The translations under genes were made by a program, and so were the position numbers. From positions 162,857 through 226,856 of the forward strand of contig JADKFC010000006.1 of assembly GCA_016717655.1 (NCBI GenBank): a stretch of 64,000 bases of DNA. Direction: 5' to 3'. Below the pieces are notes generated by a model. It saw only the letters and a program-made list of their open reading frames with translations, ran no database searches and was not told the DNA's origin. How positions within the stretch are numbered: the first letter of the stretch is position 1; every line of letters starts with the position of its first letter. This document shows, piece by piece, positions 34,292 to 44,386 of the stretch. This DNA comes from Saprospiraceae bacterium. Lineage in GTDB: Bacteria; Bacteroidota; Bacteroidia; Chitinophagales; Saprospiraceae.

Positions 34292-35566
34292 TTAATCGTA
34301 TTTAAATTCTGAATAAAGGATAGAATACTCTTCACCCCACAGCAGGTTTTTTACCACCTTCCAGATGTGATTGGCATCGGGAGGACAGCCGGGTATGTAG
34401 TAGTCAATTTTTACAATTTCGTTGCAGGCATATACCTTGTCGAGGATCTTGGGCAGGTCTTCATGGTAAGGTACAATGGTGGAAGAAGGCTCATTGGTAA
34501 CGCAGTTGAGGTAGGCTTCTTCCAGGCATTCACTCAGGGGTATAGCATTTCGCATAGCAGGCAGGCCGCCCCAAACCGCACATTCACCCATGGCCACGAG
34601 GATGTCGCAATGTTCCCGAAACAGTCGAAGCGTTTCTATGTTTTCAGAATTGCAGCACCCTCCTTCAATCAGTCCGATATGGCACCGGTTGGTAAACTTT
34701 TTGATGTCGGTCAGCGGAGACTTGTCAAAAGAAACGAGTTCAATGACATCCAATAGATCAGTGTCAATGTCCAGCAAAGACATGTGACAGCCAAAACAGC
34801 CGGCCAGAGAAACGGTGGCCACTACTTTTTTTTCATTCACCAGCGGCCTTTGGGCTGCCGGTTGTTTGGCATGAGGCCTGTGCTTTTGCACTGATTCCTG
34901 GTCGTATTTTCTTTCCCCAAAGGGCTCTGATTGGCTTACCCCTCTTACGATTATGGCTCCGGTAGGACAGATGTGCATGGCGTTGAGAATTTCTTCATCC
35001 GTCAGCTTGGCTTCTTCTGCATAGTCTACACCTACATAGGTTTCATTGCCCCGGTTGATGTAATTGAATACGCGTTTACCTTCTTTGGATTTTACGTCTA
35101 CCACACAGCGAAGGCATTTAATACAGCGGTTGTGTTCCATTACAATTCTTGATGGGTTGTAATCAATCACCCTGTCTTTAAATAGGTGGGGAAAACGGGT
35201 GGCCGATATGCCCAATTCATAGCCCATGTGTTGCAAATCGCACAGTCCACTTTTTTCGCAGGCGGGACAAATGTGGTTGCCTTCAGCAAACATCATTTCC
35301 ACCAGGGCTTTGCGGCTGTCATTGAGTTCAGGGGTGTTGACTTCTACCACCAGACCCTCTGCCACTTTTTCGGTGCAGGCAGGTCCCGCCTTGCCATTGA
35401 GCTTACAGGTACATACCCTGCAACTGCCCAGCGGTGGCTCTATGTGCTCGTAATAACACAAAGAAGGTATAAAGATACCGTTTTCCCGGGCCACCAACAT
35501 CAGGTTTTTTCCTTCTTCTGCCTGGATGTGTTTGCCGTCTATCTGTAGGTTTACCATTTTTGCCAT
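34292..35566 (-). CDS. hoxUY: HoxU-like diaphorase FeS subunit fused in frame to HoxY-like hydrogenase small subunit (fusion uncertain, see findings)
   Basis: N-terminal 2Fe-2S and 4Fe-4S motifs (CRVCTC, HICPACEKSGLCDLQ, CIKCLRCV, ICPTGAI). C-terminal VATVSLAGCFGCHMSLLD...IPGCPP is HoxY-like. The junction is an A8 run. Confidence 0.75.
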   Translation of the reverse strand: MAKMVNLQIDGKHIQAEEGKNLMLVARENGIFIPSLCYYEHIEPPLGSCRVCTCKLNGKAGPACTEKVAEGLVVEVNTPELNDSRKALVEMMFAEGNHICPACEKSGLCDLQHMGYELGISATRFPHLFKDRVIDYNPSRIVMEHNRCIKCLRCVVDVKSKEGKRVFNYINRGNETYVGVDYAEEAKLTDEEILNAMHICPTGAIIVRGVSQSEPFGERKYDQESVQKHRPHAKQPAAQRPLVNEKKVVATVSLAGCFGCHMSLLDIDTDLLDVIELVSFDKSPLTDIKKFTNRCHIGLIEGGCCNSENIETLRLFREHCDILVAMGECAVWGGLPAMRNAIPLSECLEEAYLNCVTNEPSSTIVPYHEDLPKILDKVYACNEIVKIDYYIPGCPPDANHIWKVVKNLLWGEEYSILYSEFKYD

Positions 35567-35569
35567 GAC

Positions 35570-37333
35570 TTATTTTTTATAGGTTTCATATTCGCGGGTG
35601 GCCGCTTCCATGTCAAATTTCATGCTTTGTCCATTGTAGCTCTTATCCAGCTTTTCACCAAAGTAATCGCGGAACTTATCCATTGCCAGGATCAGGCTAT
35701 TGGTGGCCGTTTTTCCGAGACCACATCTGCTGGTGGTTTTCATGATTTCACCCCAGGTTTTTAATTCCTTAAGGTCTTCTTCTATGGCCAGCCCATTGTC
35801 GAGTCGTTCGAGTTTGCGCTGGATGATAAAGTTGCCTGCTCTGCAGGGTGTGCAGATGCCGCACGATTCTTGTTTAAAGAAGGCGGCGAAGTTGAGCAAG
35901 ACTTTCACCAGATCTCTGTCTTTGTTAAAGACCATAAAGGATCCCCCGCAGCGGATGTCTTTGCGGGCCAGCAGGTCGAGCATGGAGATCCGCCTGAATT
36001 TTTCTTTGATGGAGATGCACTCACCAGATGGTCCGCTGACCTGGATGTAGTAGGGATTCTCTGCTTCGCATAGTTCAAGGAGTTCTGCCACGGTCATGCC
36101 CCATTCGATTTCATACAAGCCGGGCAACTTACAATCGCCGGATACACTGATGAGTTTGGTGCCGGCTGAGCCGGGGATGCCCAACTTGAGATAAGCATCG
36201 GTGCCAATGTCTAAGATTTGTGCCACCGCGCAAAAAGTTTCCACATTATTGACCACGGTAGGCAATTGCAGGTAACCCTTTTCTACCGGGAAAAACCACT
36301 TGGTGCGGGGTTCGCCCCTCTTGCCTTCGAGTGATTCGAGCAGGGCGGTTTCTTCACCGCAAACATAAGAGCCGGCTCCCATCTGGATGCGGATGTCGAA
36401 ATCAAAGCCTTCGATGCGGTTGCAGTTTTTGCCCAGCAGTCCCATTTTTCGGTAGTCGGCCAGGGTAGCCTCCAGGCGGGGCAGCAGCCATCGGTACTTG
36501 CCCCTCAGATAGATAAAGCCCATTGATGCCCCAATCGTATACGCGCAGATGATCATACCTTCGATCAGAGAATGGGGACAGGCGTTCATCAACACCCGGT
36601 CTTTAAAGGTACCGGGTTCGCCCTCGTCAGCATTACACACCACAAACTTGGGACTGGCTCCCTGCTCTTTGGCGGCCTGCCATTTTTTCCAGGTAGGGAA
36701 GTAAGCACCTCCCCGTCCGGCCAGTTCTGAGATTTTAAGCGCATCAATGACCCCATCCGGACTTAAGGCCTGGGCTTTGGTGATAGATGCTCCCGCTTCC
36801 AGGTGGCGAAAAAAGAGGGTTTTGTTGTCAGCCGGGGTAAATCGGATATTGTCCTGCGGCTGATCGCAGATATCGGCTACGTCCACCCCTGCTTTTAATC
36901 GACCCACGATGTCTTTTACCTTCATGGCATTGAGCTGGGTGAAGGGGTAAAAGTTGATGAGGGCAGAAGGTTCCTGATCGCTCAGTCCAATACACGGTGT
37001 TTCAAAAAGTCCAAACATGCCACTGCGGTCCACAGAGCCGAGTCGGGCCCCGGTCTCTCTTTCAAAGGTTTCTATGATGCGCTGACATCCCTTGTGATCC
37101 GCCACAATGCTGTTGTTGACATAAATGGTGTACTTGCCTGTTGGTTGTCGGTGGAAAAAGTGGTAAAAAGAAACCACGCCTTCCACTTCTATTTCTGATA
37201 GCCCAAAAAGAGAGGCCAGCTGTGTGATGTCTTCATCCCTGATATAACCATTTAGGAGTTGGAGATCCCAAAGTCGGTTCATCATTTGGGTATGAGCGGG
37301 TTCTGTGAAAATCGTCTGGATTGTTTCTGCCAT
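35570..37333 (-). CDS. hoxF: HoxF-like NAD(P)H-binding diaphorase subunit (NuoF-like core with a Cys-poor NuoE-like N-terminal domain)
   Basis: GRGGAYFPTWKKW (FMN/NADH site) and ESCGICTPCR (4Fe-4S). The N-terminal 150 aa are NuoE-like but retain only one of the four cluster cysteines. Confidence 0.85.
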   Translation of the reverse strand: MAETIQTIFTEPAHTQMMNRLWDLQLLNGYIRDEDITQLASLFGLSEIEVEGVVSFYHFFHRQPTGKYTIYVNNSIVADHKGCQRIIETFERETGARLGSVDRSGMFGLFETPCIGLSDQEPSALINFYPFTQLNAMKVKDIVGRLKAGVDVADICDQPQDNIRFTPADNKTLFFRHLEAGASITKAQALSPDGVIDALKISELAGRGGAYFPTWKKWQAAKEQGASPKFVVCNADEGEPGTFKDRVLMNACPHSLIEGMIICAYTIGASMGFIYLRGKYRWLLPRLEATLADYRKMGLLGKNCNRIEGFDFDIRIQMGAGSYVCGEETALLESLEGKRGEPRTKWFFPVEKGYLQLPTVVNNVETFCAVAQILDIGTDAYLKLGIPGSAGTKLISVSGDCKLPGLYEIEWGMTVAELLELCEAENPYYIQVSGPSGECISIKEKFRRISMLDLLARKDIRCGGSFMVFNKDRDLVKVLLNFAAFFKQESCGICTPCRAGNFIIQRKLERLDNGLAIEEDLKELKTWGEIMKTTSRCGLGKTATNSLILAMDKFRDYFGEKLDKSYNGQSMKFDMEAATREYETYKK

Positions 37334-37479
37334 GACTTCAAATTTTACCGTTGTTTACAGCTTTAATTTGTATGTCTTTCAGCCCAAAATCAATGATAAG
37401 AGTTGTGGTTCAAGGTGACGAATAGCAATTTTTCAGAATAAAATATGGTTCGAAATGGTGAATTGGTGGTTTTTCAGAA

Positions 37480-37925
37480 TAATATTTGGTTTCGGTCAAT
37501 TACGAATGTCGAATTACGAGCTTCAATTTCGAATGTTAAATTACGAATTACGGGCTTCAATGTCGAATGTCAAATTTTTCAATGTCGAATGTCAAATTTC
37601 AATGTCGAATGTCAAATGACGAATTACGGGCTTCAATGTCGAATGTCAAATTTCAATGTCGAATGTCAAATGACGAATTACGAGATTCAATGTCGAATGT
37701 CAAATTTCAATTTTGATGTCAAATCACGAATTACGGGCTTCAATGTCGAATGTCAAATTTCAATGTCGAATGTCAAATTACGAATTGCGAGATTTAATGT
37801 CGAATGGAGAATTACGAATTACGGGCTTTAATGTCGTAATCCGTAATTTTTAATTCGTAATTGAAAAAATCCGTAATTCTCAATTCGTAATTTTTAATTC
37901 GTAATTGAATATAGCCGTAATTGAA
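37480..37925. repeat. Complex tandem/inverted repeat array built from TTACGAAT / TGTCGAAT motifs (family 2, locus A)
   Basis: The unit GACGAATTACGGGCTTCAATGTCGAATGTCAAATTTCAATGTCGAATGTCAAAT repeats over 37500-37830. From about 37835 the motifs switch to the reverse complement (CGTAATTCTCAATTCGTAATTTTTAATTCGTAATTGAA). Confidence 0.9.
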
Positions 37926-37928
37926 ACC

Positions 37929-40900
37929 CTACATTTTCACAACTGCCCTCGTATAAACACCTCCCTTTGTCACTACTGTCACTACATAGTAACCAGAAGC
38001 GACTGCTGGCAAGGTCACTGATAACAGATTATTCCCGACCAATTGAGAGGGTAAAGTGTGCAAAACTCCAGATAGCGTGCCTAATGTTATTTTTTCTCTG
38101 GCTTGTTCACTTTGAATATAAAGCACATCATTGACAAGGGTAGGGTAGATCAATAGGTCATTGTCAATTTCCGCTACTGAATTTACAACAAAAGAAATAC
38201 ACTCACTCTCCACCGTACAATAATCACCCTTTACTGCTACCCGATAGCTGCCATTCTGTTCCGGTTGGTACAAAGGGACATCAGATACTTCCAGGATTTG
38301 GTCATTGCTACAATCTATCCACGTATACTGATTTCCTCCTTCCTTGGCCACGAGCCAGGGACCGTCCTGGGTGAGGGCATTGTCGGGGCAGGGTAGGGAG
38401 GTGACGATGGTGTTTTTAACGGCGTTGGTAATGACCGGGGCATTGGCATCAAAAAAGATGAGGGCCTGGTTGGGTACAACGGTGCCTTCTGCTATGTCAA
38501 ATTTGGTTTTGGCGGTGAATACCACATAGCCTTGGCTGGCTTCATAATTGATCTTGTCGTCTACCAGTTGGATGGTGTCCATGATGTAACAAAGGGTGTC
38601 ATTGCTGCACAAGATCATCCTGCCTTTGTGGCTGGCATCGATGAGCATGAGCGAACGGCGGTCTATGTCTTTGTGGAGCACATCGTCGATGCGTACATAG
38701 AAGGCGGTGTCGTTGCCCGTGTTTTGGAAGCGCACCTGGTAGGTTAGAGCTTCTGCGCGCAGGGTTAGGTTTTCCTCGCCTATGCGGTCAGGTCGTACCT
38801 GGAGGTCGTTGGGGTCGTAGGAGCAGCGAATGAGGTAGGCAAGGGGTTCAGCGAATAACAGACTGTCATTGGCATCGTATACACGAATGGTAAAATGAAG
38901 GCTGTCGTTGTTCGATATCGGATTGGGAATACGAGCCTGGTAGCTGGGTTTAAATACCTGGCCAGGTAAGAGTTGGGCAATCTGCCAGGTGATGGTAGAG
39001 TCACTCATCGAAAGAAGTGCTGGATTGAAATTTTTAACCATCGATCTTTCTTCATGCTGTACCGTTATTTTGCCATTCAAGGGTATGCTGCCCACATTCA
39101 TGACACTCACATTGACATTGGTGTATTGATTGCACCGCATGATGCCGGTGGCCTGTTGTGCAATGGCAGAGCTCGATCCCGCCATTGGCATGAAGCCTAT
39201 CAGCAATTCGGTGTTTTCGGTAAGATAAAAGTTGGTGATTGTCGGATTGTTTTCCCAGTTTCCATAGGGCACCAAAGCAGTTAAGGAATAACTACCCGTA
39301 TCCAGCGGAAAGAAGGCTTCACCGTTTAGATTTGTAAAAAAAGTGATGGGAAATGCTGCAATTTGCAGACTGGTATTGTTTAAAGGGTATTCTGTTGGCG
39401 GTGAATAATTGCCATCGCCATTGAGATCAGCAAAACAGGTGACATGCACCCATTTTTGTCCATTTTCTGCACAGGCACCTTCCGGCAATACTACTAATTT
39501 TAGAGGATCTGAGATGCATCCGGCATTGGTCTGGGTATAAAATAGACTTGCTGTTCCGGCGCTGGTGGCTGTAATTACGCCTCCATTGGTAATGGTGACT
39601 ACAGTAGGGTTGGAGGAGGCCCAGGTCCCTCCGGTTGAAGGAATGCAATATCCGATATCATATACGCAGAGGGTATCGTTGGTAAGGAGCTGTACCTGTG
39701 GTTTTAGGGAGACAATAACTGGTGTTTGCAAATGAGAGGTACACCCTGTGCTATTATTCGTAAAAGAAAAAGTGGTAGTACCCGCTGCAACGCCAGTTAC
39801 CAGCCCTTGATTATTTACGGTTGCAATGCCACTATTGGCACTGACCCAGGTACCTCCTGAAGTATGACTCAGCGTGGTGGTTCCTCCAATACAAATTGAG
39901 TTGGGACCTGTAAAGGCTACCCCTGAATTGCCTATCACGGTGATGACAGGTGAATGCAATTGCATACCACACACCGGTACAACGGGCCTGTAGGTAAAGG
40001 TGACCTGGCCCTCTGCAATGGCGGTTGCCACCCCACTATTATTGATGGTGGCTACACTCGGACTATCAGATGTCCAGGTTCCTCCTGTCGAGGGCAAAAA
40101 TTGAAAGGTACTATTTACACAAACAGTGGTGGAATTACCCACAAGGCTCACTTTGGATGGAAGTACCTTGACGGGCAGTGGCTTGGATATACAGCCGGTG
40201 GTGTCATTTTTTAATTGTAAGAGGGCCGTTCCACTTTTAACAGCAGCAGCCCTGGTATCACCAATTATTTTTATTACTTCGTAGGAATCAAATACCAAAG
40301 GGTTGTAATCTGTCTGCCAGGTCATAGAGGGTGGGGTAGGCAAGGCAAGGGTGTCACCCTCACATATAGGACAAATGCTCAGAGGTACTGGGGGAATACC
40401 ACTTACCTCAATGCTGATCTCATAACTTTTGTTATCCACTGTATATTGATAACCGTATTTACCCACCGCTGCCTGGTCACTGATCTTTAATAAAGCCTTA
40501 CCACCACTCATGGTGATTAACGCTCCCGGACCATTGCCCACTGCCTGCCAGCTGCCTGGTATTCCGTTGATCTCGGCGGGGGCTCCTGAAAGCACCAAGG
40601 TTGACCCCGGACATACAGCCGTATCGGGGGTAGGCTGGTTTTCATAAAATACGGGGATGGTATAATCGCGCATACATCCTTCTTTGTTGTAGGCTTTTAG
40701 TTGAAAGTAACCCTGAAATGCGGGTGAAAAGTTAGCTATGAAGATACCCTGATTAACACTGCTAAAGCCCTGTGGACCCGTCCATACATAGTTGTTGTTA
40801 CCTCCGCAGCTACGGGAGGCGAAATGAGGTGTCAATGTCAGGTTCTGCGCCAGATCAAAATCAAGTCCTGTCATTACCGGCCCCGGAGAACCTACTTGCG

Positions 40901-41462
40901 GCAGGTTGCCGGTGTAAAGTTGTGTAGGGCTGCCCATGGTAAAACTGTTGCTAAAATCATTGCCCAACAAATTGGGATCGGTGCCATCGGGGTCCACCCC
41001 ATTTTCGTACAAACGTATATCAAAACCACATCTGACCGTCGCTTTGTCTGATTTCAAACTAAACAAAGCCAGTGTATCACCCGCTGACAATCCTTCCGGA
41101 AAGTAGGCAGTGGGTGTAATATTGGGGTAGATGCGATGAAACTTTTGACTGCTGCAATTGGCAGGCGTTACAGTAGGTGGTACCATTTCATATCGGATCG
41201 GGGTAGTTCCGTTAGGACCGATCATGGGATGATAAATTCTACTTAGGGTCAGGTTTACATCTTCGGCACTGACCACAGAAATCTGTGAGTTGAAAAGTAC
41301 CCGATCACTGATGCTGTTGATCTGGCCCTCTTCCACATACAAGCTCACCAGGTATTCGCAGCGGGCTGTGTCATACGACATCAGATACTTGACCTTGGTG
41401 ATTTGAGCGTTGAGGCAAAACAAAAAACCAAAAAAGAAGAGAGCGGTGGCAATATTTTTCAT
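37929..41462 (-). CDS. Large T9SS-secreted surface protein with several BIG2-type Ig-like domains
   Basis: Signal peptide. Repeats include SPSVATINNSGVATAIAEGQVTFTY, SGIATVNNQGLVTGVAAGTTTFSF and NPTVVTITNGGVITATSAGTASLFY. A CSYDPNDLQV motif is present. C-terminal sorting domain LLIYPTLVNDVLYIQ...GYYVVTVVT. Confidence 0.8.
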   Translation of the reverse strand: MKNIATALFFFGFLFCLNAQITKVKYLMSYDTARCEYLVSLYVEEGQINSISDRVLFNSQISVVSAEDVNLTLSRIYHPMIGPNGTTPIRYEMVPPTVTPANCSSQKFHRIYPNITPTAYFPEGLSAGDTLALFSLKSDKATVRCGFDIRLYENGVDPDGTDPNLLGNDFSNSFTMGSPTQLYTGNLPQVGSPGPVMTGLDFDLAQNLTLTPHFASRSCGGNNNYVWTGPQGFSSVNQGIFIANFSPAFQGYFQLKAYNKEGCMRDYTIPVFYENQPTPDTAVCPGSTLVLSGAPAEINGIPGSWQAVGNGPGALITMSGGKALLKISDQAAVGKYGYQYTVDNKSYEISIEVSGIPPVPLSICPICEGDTLALPTPPSMTWQTDYNPLVFDSYEVIKIIGDTRAAAVKSGTALLQLKNDTTGCISKPLPVKVLPSKVSLVGNSTTVCVNSTFQFLPSTGGTWTSDSPSVATINNSGVATAIAEGQVTFTYRPVVPVCGMQLHSPVITVIGNSGVAFTGPNSICIGGTTTLSHTSGGTWVSANSGIATVNNQGLVTGVAAGTTTFSFTNNSTGCTSHLQTPVIVSLKPQVQLLTNDTLCVYDIGYCIPSTGGTWASSNPTVVTITNGGVITATSAGTASLFYTQTNAGCISDPLKLVVLPEGACAENGQKWVHVTCFADLNGDGNYSPPTEYPLNNTSLQIAAFPITFFTNLNGEAFFPLDTGSYSLTALVPYGNWENNPTITNFYLTENTELLIGFMPMAGSSSAIAQQATGIMRCNQYTNVNVSVMNVGSIPLNGKITVQHEERSMVKNFNPALLSMSDSTITWQIAQLLPGQVFKPSYQARIPNPISNNDSLHFTIRVYDANDSLLFAEPLAYLIRCSYDPNDLQVRPDRIGEENLTLRAEALTYQVRFQNTGNDTAFYVRIDDVLHKDIDRRSLMLIDASHKGRMILCSNDTLCYIMDTIQLVDDKINYEASQGYVVFTAKTKFDIAEGTVVPNQALIFFDANAPVITNAVKNTIVTSLPCPDNALTQDGPWLVAKEGGNQYTWIDCSNDQILEVSDVPLYQPEQNGSYRVAVKGDYCTVESECISFVVNSVAEIDNDLLIYPTLVNDVLYIQSEQAREKITLGTLSGVLHTLPSQLVGNNLLSVTLPAVASGYYVVTVVTKGGVYTRAVVKM

Positions 41463-41571
41463 GGGTTAAATTTTTTCAAAGATACTACCTCGTATTATAT
41501 ATTAGGAGAAATGTAATATATAATTTCATGAAAAACCGGGTTAACCCCCATTTTTAGGGGTATTCCCTGGC

Positions 41572-42763
41572 TTACTTTTTCAATTTATCACCCAAAAATT
41601 CCATCGCTTTTTCCAGGACCACATCTTTATTGCTGAGGTATTGCTCCAAAGTAGGTTTTACGTAGATATCAGGAGCAATGCCATATCCCACAAACTCTCG
41701 GAGCATAGGGGAAGGTATAATAGGCCTTGTCATTGGCCATGAGGTAACATTTTACCGCCTCTTCATTGGACGATTCCCCGTCGGCTTGAGCGACAATGGT
41801 ATCGGCCGGGGTCATAAAGGCACCCCAGGCCTTGTAGGCAGCCTGGTGTTCGCGGGTGAGGCTCTTTGACCCTGCCAGGGACTTGGCATGGGTAAAATAT
41901 TGCAGGATGTCGAAGCCAATGTTGGTGTTGCCTCCGCCATTGTAACGCAGGTCAATGATCAGACCTTTGGCCTTGTAAAGCTGTGGCAAGACATCGTGAA
42001 AGAGCGAGTCAATTTTGATGTTTTCAAATGAGTTGAGGGCCAGGTAATGAACACCATGATCCATGACCTTGTGGTCCAGCAGGGCCCGATTTTCAAAGGG
42101 TGGATAAACCTCTTTTTCTTCGGTGGGCTGGTGCTCCAGTTTCAATGTTTTAAGCACACCGGTCGGTGTTTTAATGACAATTGTGTATTTTGATCCTATG
42201 TAACCCTTGAGCAGGTCGTAGGCGGCCTGGCTCTCCAACACATAGTCGGTAGAGGAAGCAATGTAAGGTTTTACATACCGATTGGCATAGGTGGCAGCGG
42301 GAAGGCCATTGACTTCCACGATCTCACTGCCTACCGGCACTTCTTCTTTTTTGCTGGCATTGACCCTTGTGATGATGTATTTCTGGTCAAAGTAAGAAAT
42401 GAAAAACCGGTAGGACCCAAAGCTCGTGGTATAGAGATTTTTAGCGACCTCATTGGGAAAATACACATTGGTATGCCCATCTTTTAAACTGGCGCACAGC
42501 TTTTGCAGCAGCAGGTAATATTCATAATCACTGGCCGTCTCCTGGCAGCGCAGCAGGGTCTCCTTGTACAGGCTGTCCCATTGCTGGCGGTCTACCTTAT
42601 CCAGAAAAACAAAGTTGTAATTGACCTCCTGCCAAAAGCGGGACACGCCATAAAGTCGATCGGCGCGGGAGAGGGAATTGGGGGCCTGGGCTTGAATTGG
42701 CGCTGTTTTTATGACCACAATAAAAGCCCAGCAAACAAGATTAATAAAATAGGATTTCCTCAT
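41572..42763 (-). CDS. S41-family peptidase (second paralog), one frame break near 41708-41711
   Basis: Signal peptide from M26 of the listed ORF, and a DLRYNGGGN motif. The C-terminus REFVGYGIAPDIYVKPTLEQYL..KLKK lies in another frame and joins if the G4 run (C4 on the coding strand) is one base shorter. Confidence 0.75.
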
Positions 42764-42925
42764 TTTTGAAAGAATACTGCCTGGTTTAAAGTTTAAGAAT
42801 CTAATTCCATTGGTAGCAATGGGGCAAGTTAAATACATAGCACCTCATCTCCTTTATACCTTGGGCATTTTTTTTGTTGATTTTGAGTTTGAATAAGGTC
42901 TATGTTTAGTACAAAGACAATTTTT

Positions 42926-43567
42926 TCAATTTTCCGAGAAGCTATGAGTAGGCTCGGTCATCTCATGTAGGATGCCTTTGACGTGGCTGGGCGACATCTC
43001 CAACACTTCAGCCATCTCCTGGATGAGTTTCATTTCTGAGGGGTCGATTTTGCCATCGGCAGTGGCCACCAGCAGTCCGCATTTGATGATGATTTCCTTT
43101 CCGTGCTCATTGAGAGAAGGGGTAACCTTGGAAAGATAATTGATGATTGGCTCCTTTTTCTGTTTGACAGTTTCTGTGAAAGCTACCAGCTCGTCGATAG
43201 TGACATCGTGGTGACTGAATTTGTTCACAATTTTTTGCACCGAGAGCATTTCATTTTCATCGATTTCACCATCGGCCAGCATCATCGAAACCATGCAATA
43301 TTTCATGGCCTCCTCATACACAGCCTGAAAATCTTCTTTTGATGTATCTGGCTTGTAGTCCAAAACCCGAGGCACAAAGGTACCTTTACAAGTCTGACAT
43401 TCTACATACTCACCTGCACTTCCCAGAGGGATGAGGGGAATAAAATACAAGGTGAAAAATTTGGTTACTTTAATGTGTTTGTAAGGCTTTTGTACAGCAC
43501 ACTGGGGACACAAAAATGTGCCTGATTTGAGGGTGGATTTCACCCCTCTGGTTCCGAATATAATCAT
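42926..43567 (-). CDS. Zinc-ribbon plus TerB-like domain protein
   Basis: CPQC...CQTC zinc ribbon flanking a hydrophobic hairpin. The C-terminal half has two MLADGEIDENE / ATADGKIDPSE TerB-type repeats. Confidence 0.5.
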   Translation of the reverse strand: MIIFGTRGVKSTLKSGTFLCPQCAVQKPYKHIKVTKFFTLYFIPLIPLGSAGEYVECQTCKGTFVPRVLDYKPDTSKEDFQAVYEEAMKYCMVSMMLADGEIDENEMLSVQKIVNKFSHHDVTIDELVAFTETVKQKKEPIINYLSKVTPSLNEHGKEIIIKCGLLVATADGKIDPSEMKLIQEMAEVLEMSPSHVKGILHEMTEPTHSFSEN

Positions 43568-43919
43568 AGTTTCAAATTGTTGGTTTTAAACAAAAGTTTT
43601 TGATGCGCTTTCTGATTCCATAGTAAAGAACCGAATGAGGGTCATCGTTCAGGCGCCAGTAGTCAGGAAACGAAATTTTATCAAAGATATAAAGGAAATT
43701 GTTTGTTTGATATTCTGTTCGAGAAAATCGAAAAGATATTTGGTCGATTACTTTAGGGTTAATTTATTATTGCGATCTATGTCGTAGCGTTAATTCCTGA
43801 ATTTTGAAAGCATAAGACAGATAAAAAGCTGCTTGAATTAGGAAATAAAAAATCAGGTATAAATTTAAGAGCTTGAAAATAATTTACAAAAAATGTAAAT
43901 TTTATATATATTTGTAAAC

Positions 43920-44386
43920 ATGAAAATTCTACATCTTCCAACAGGTGATTGGGTAGACGCCCTAATAGAAAATACAGAAACCAGTGATTTGAAGAGGTTG
44001 AAAAAGGACAAATTTGAATTTGATTGGCGACTAGAAGAGCCAAGCCGGGTTTATAAGTTGAGATTGGTAAATGATAAAGAAATTCTGGGTTTGATGTCGT
44101 TGGATCACTTTGAAAGTGAAAAAAGAATGGAGATTCGGTTATTGGAAGTAAGTAAATTGAATAGGGGAGAGGATAGAAGATACACGGAATTGCAGGTAAT
44201 TTAATAGCTTTTGCTTGTAAAGAATGTGTAAAATACCATGGCTTTTGGGCATGTGTATCAGTGATACCAAAAACAAGACTCAGGCAACATTACATAACCA
44301 AATATGGCATGTTTGATGATGGTGGGAAACATTTGTATTTAGTTGACAGAAACTTATTTAAGTTGATAGAACAATATAATCTATGA
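43920..44386 (+). CDS. Small GNAT-like/hypothetical protein, one frame break near 44177
   Basis: ORF 43920..44204 continues as ..KIHGIAGNLIAFACKECVKYHGFWACVSVIPKTRLRQHYITKYGMF..EQYNL in another frame. Its stop overlaps the next start (ATGA). Confidence 0.5.

Noticed and set aside
37445-37831. 128-aa ORF with a striking repetitive peptide (..MSNFNVECQMTNYGLQCR..).
   Set aside because: It is simply the translation of the tandem DNA repeat. There is no start context, the periodicity equals the DNA repeat, and the same DNA family occurs non-coding at 57.9-58.4 kb in the opposite orientation.
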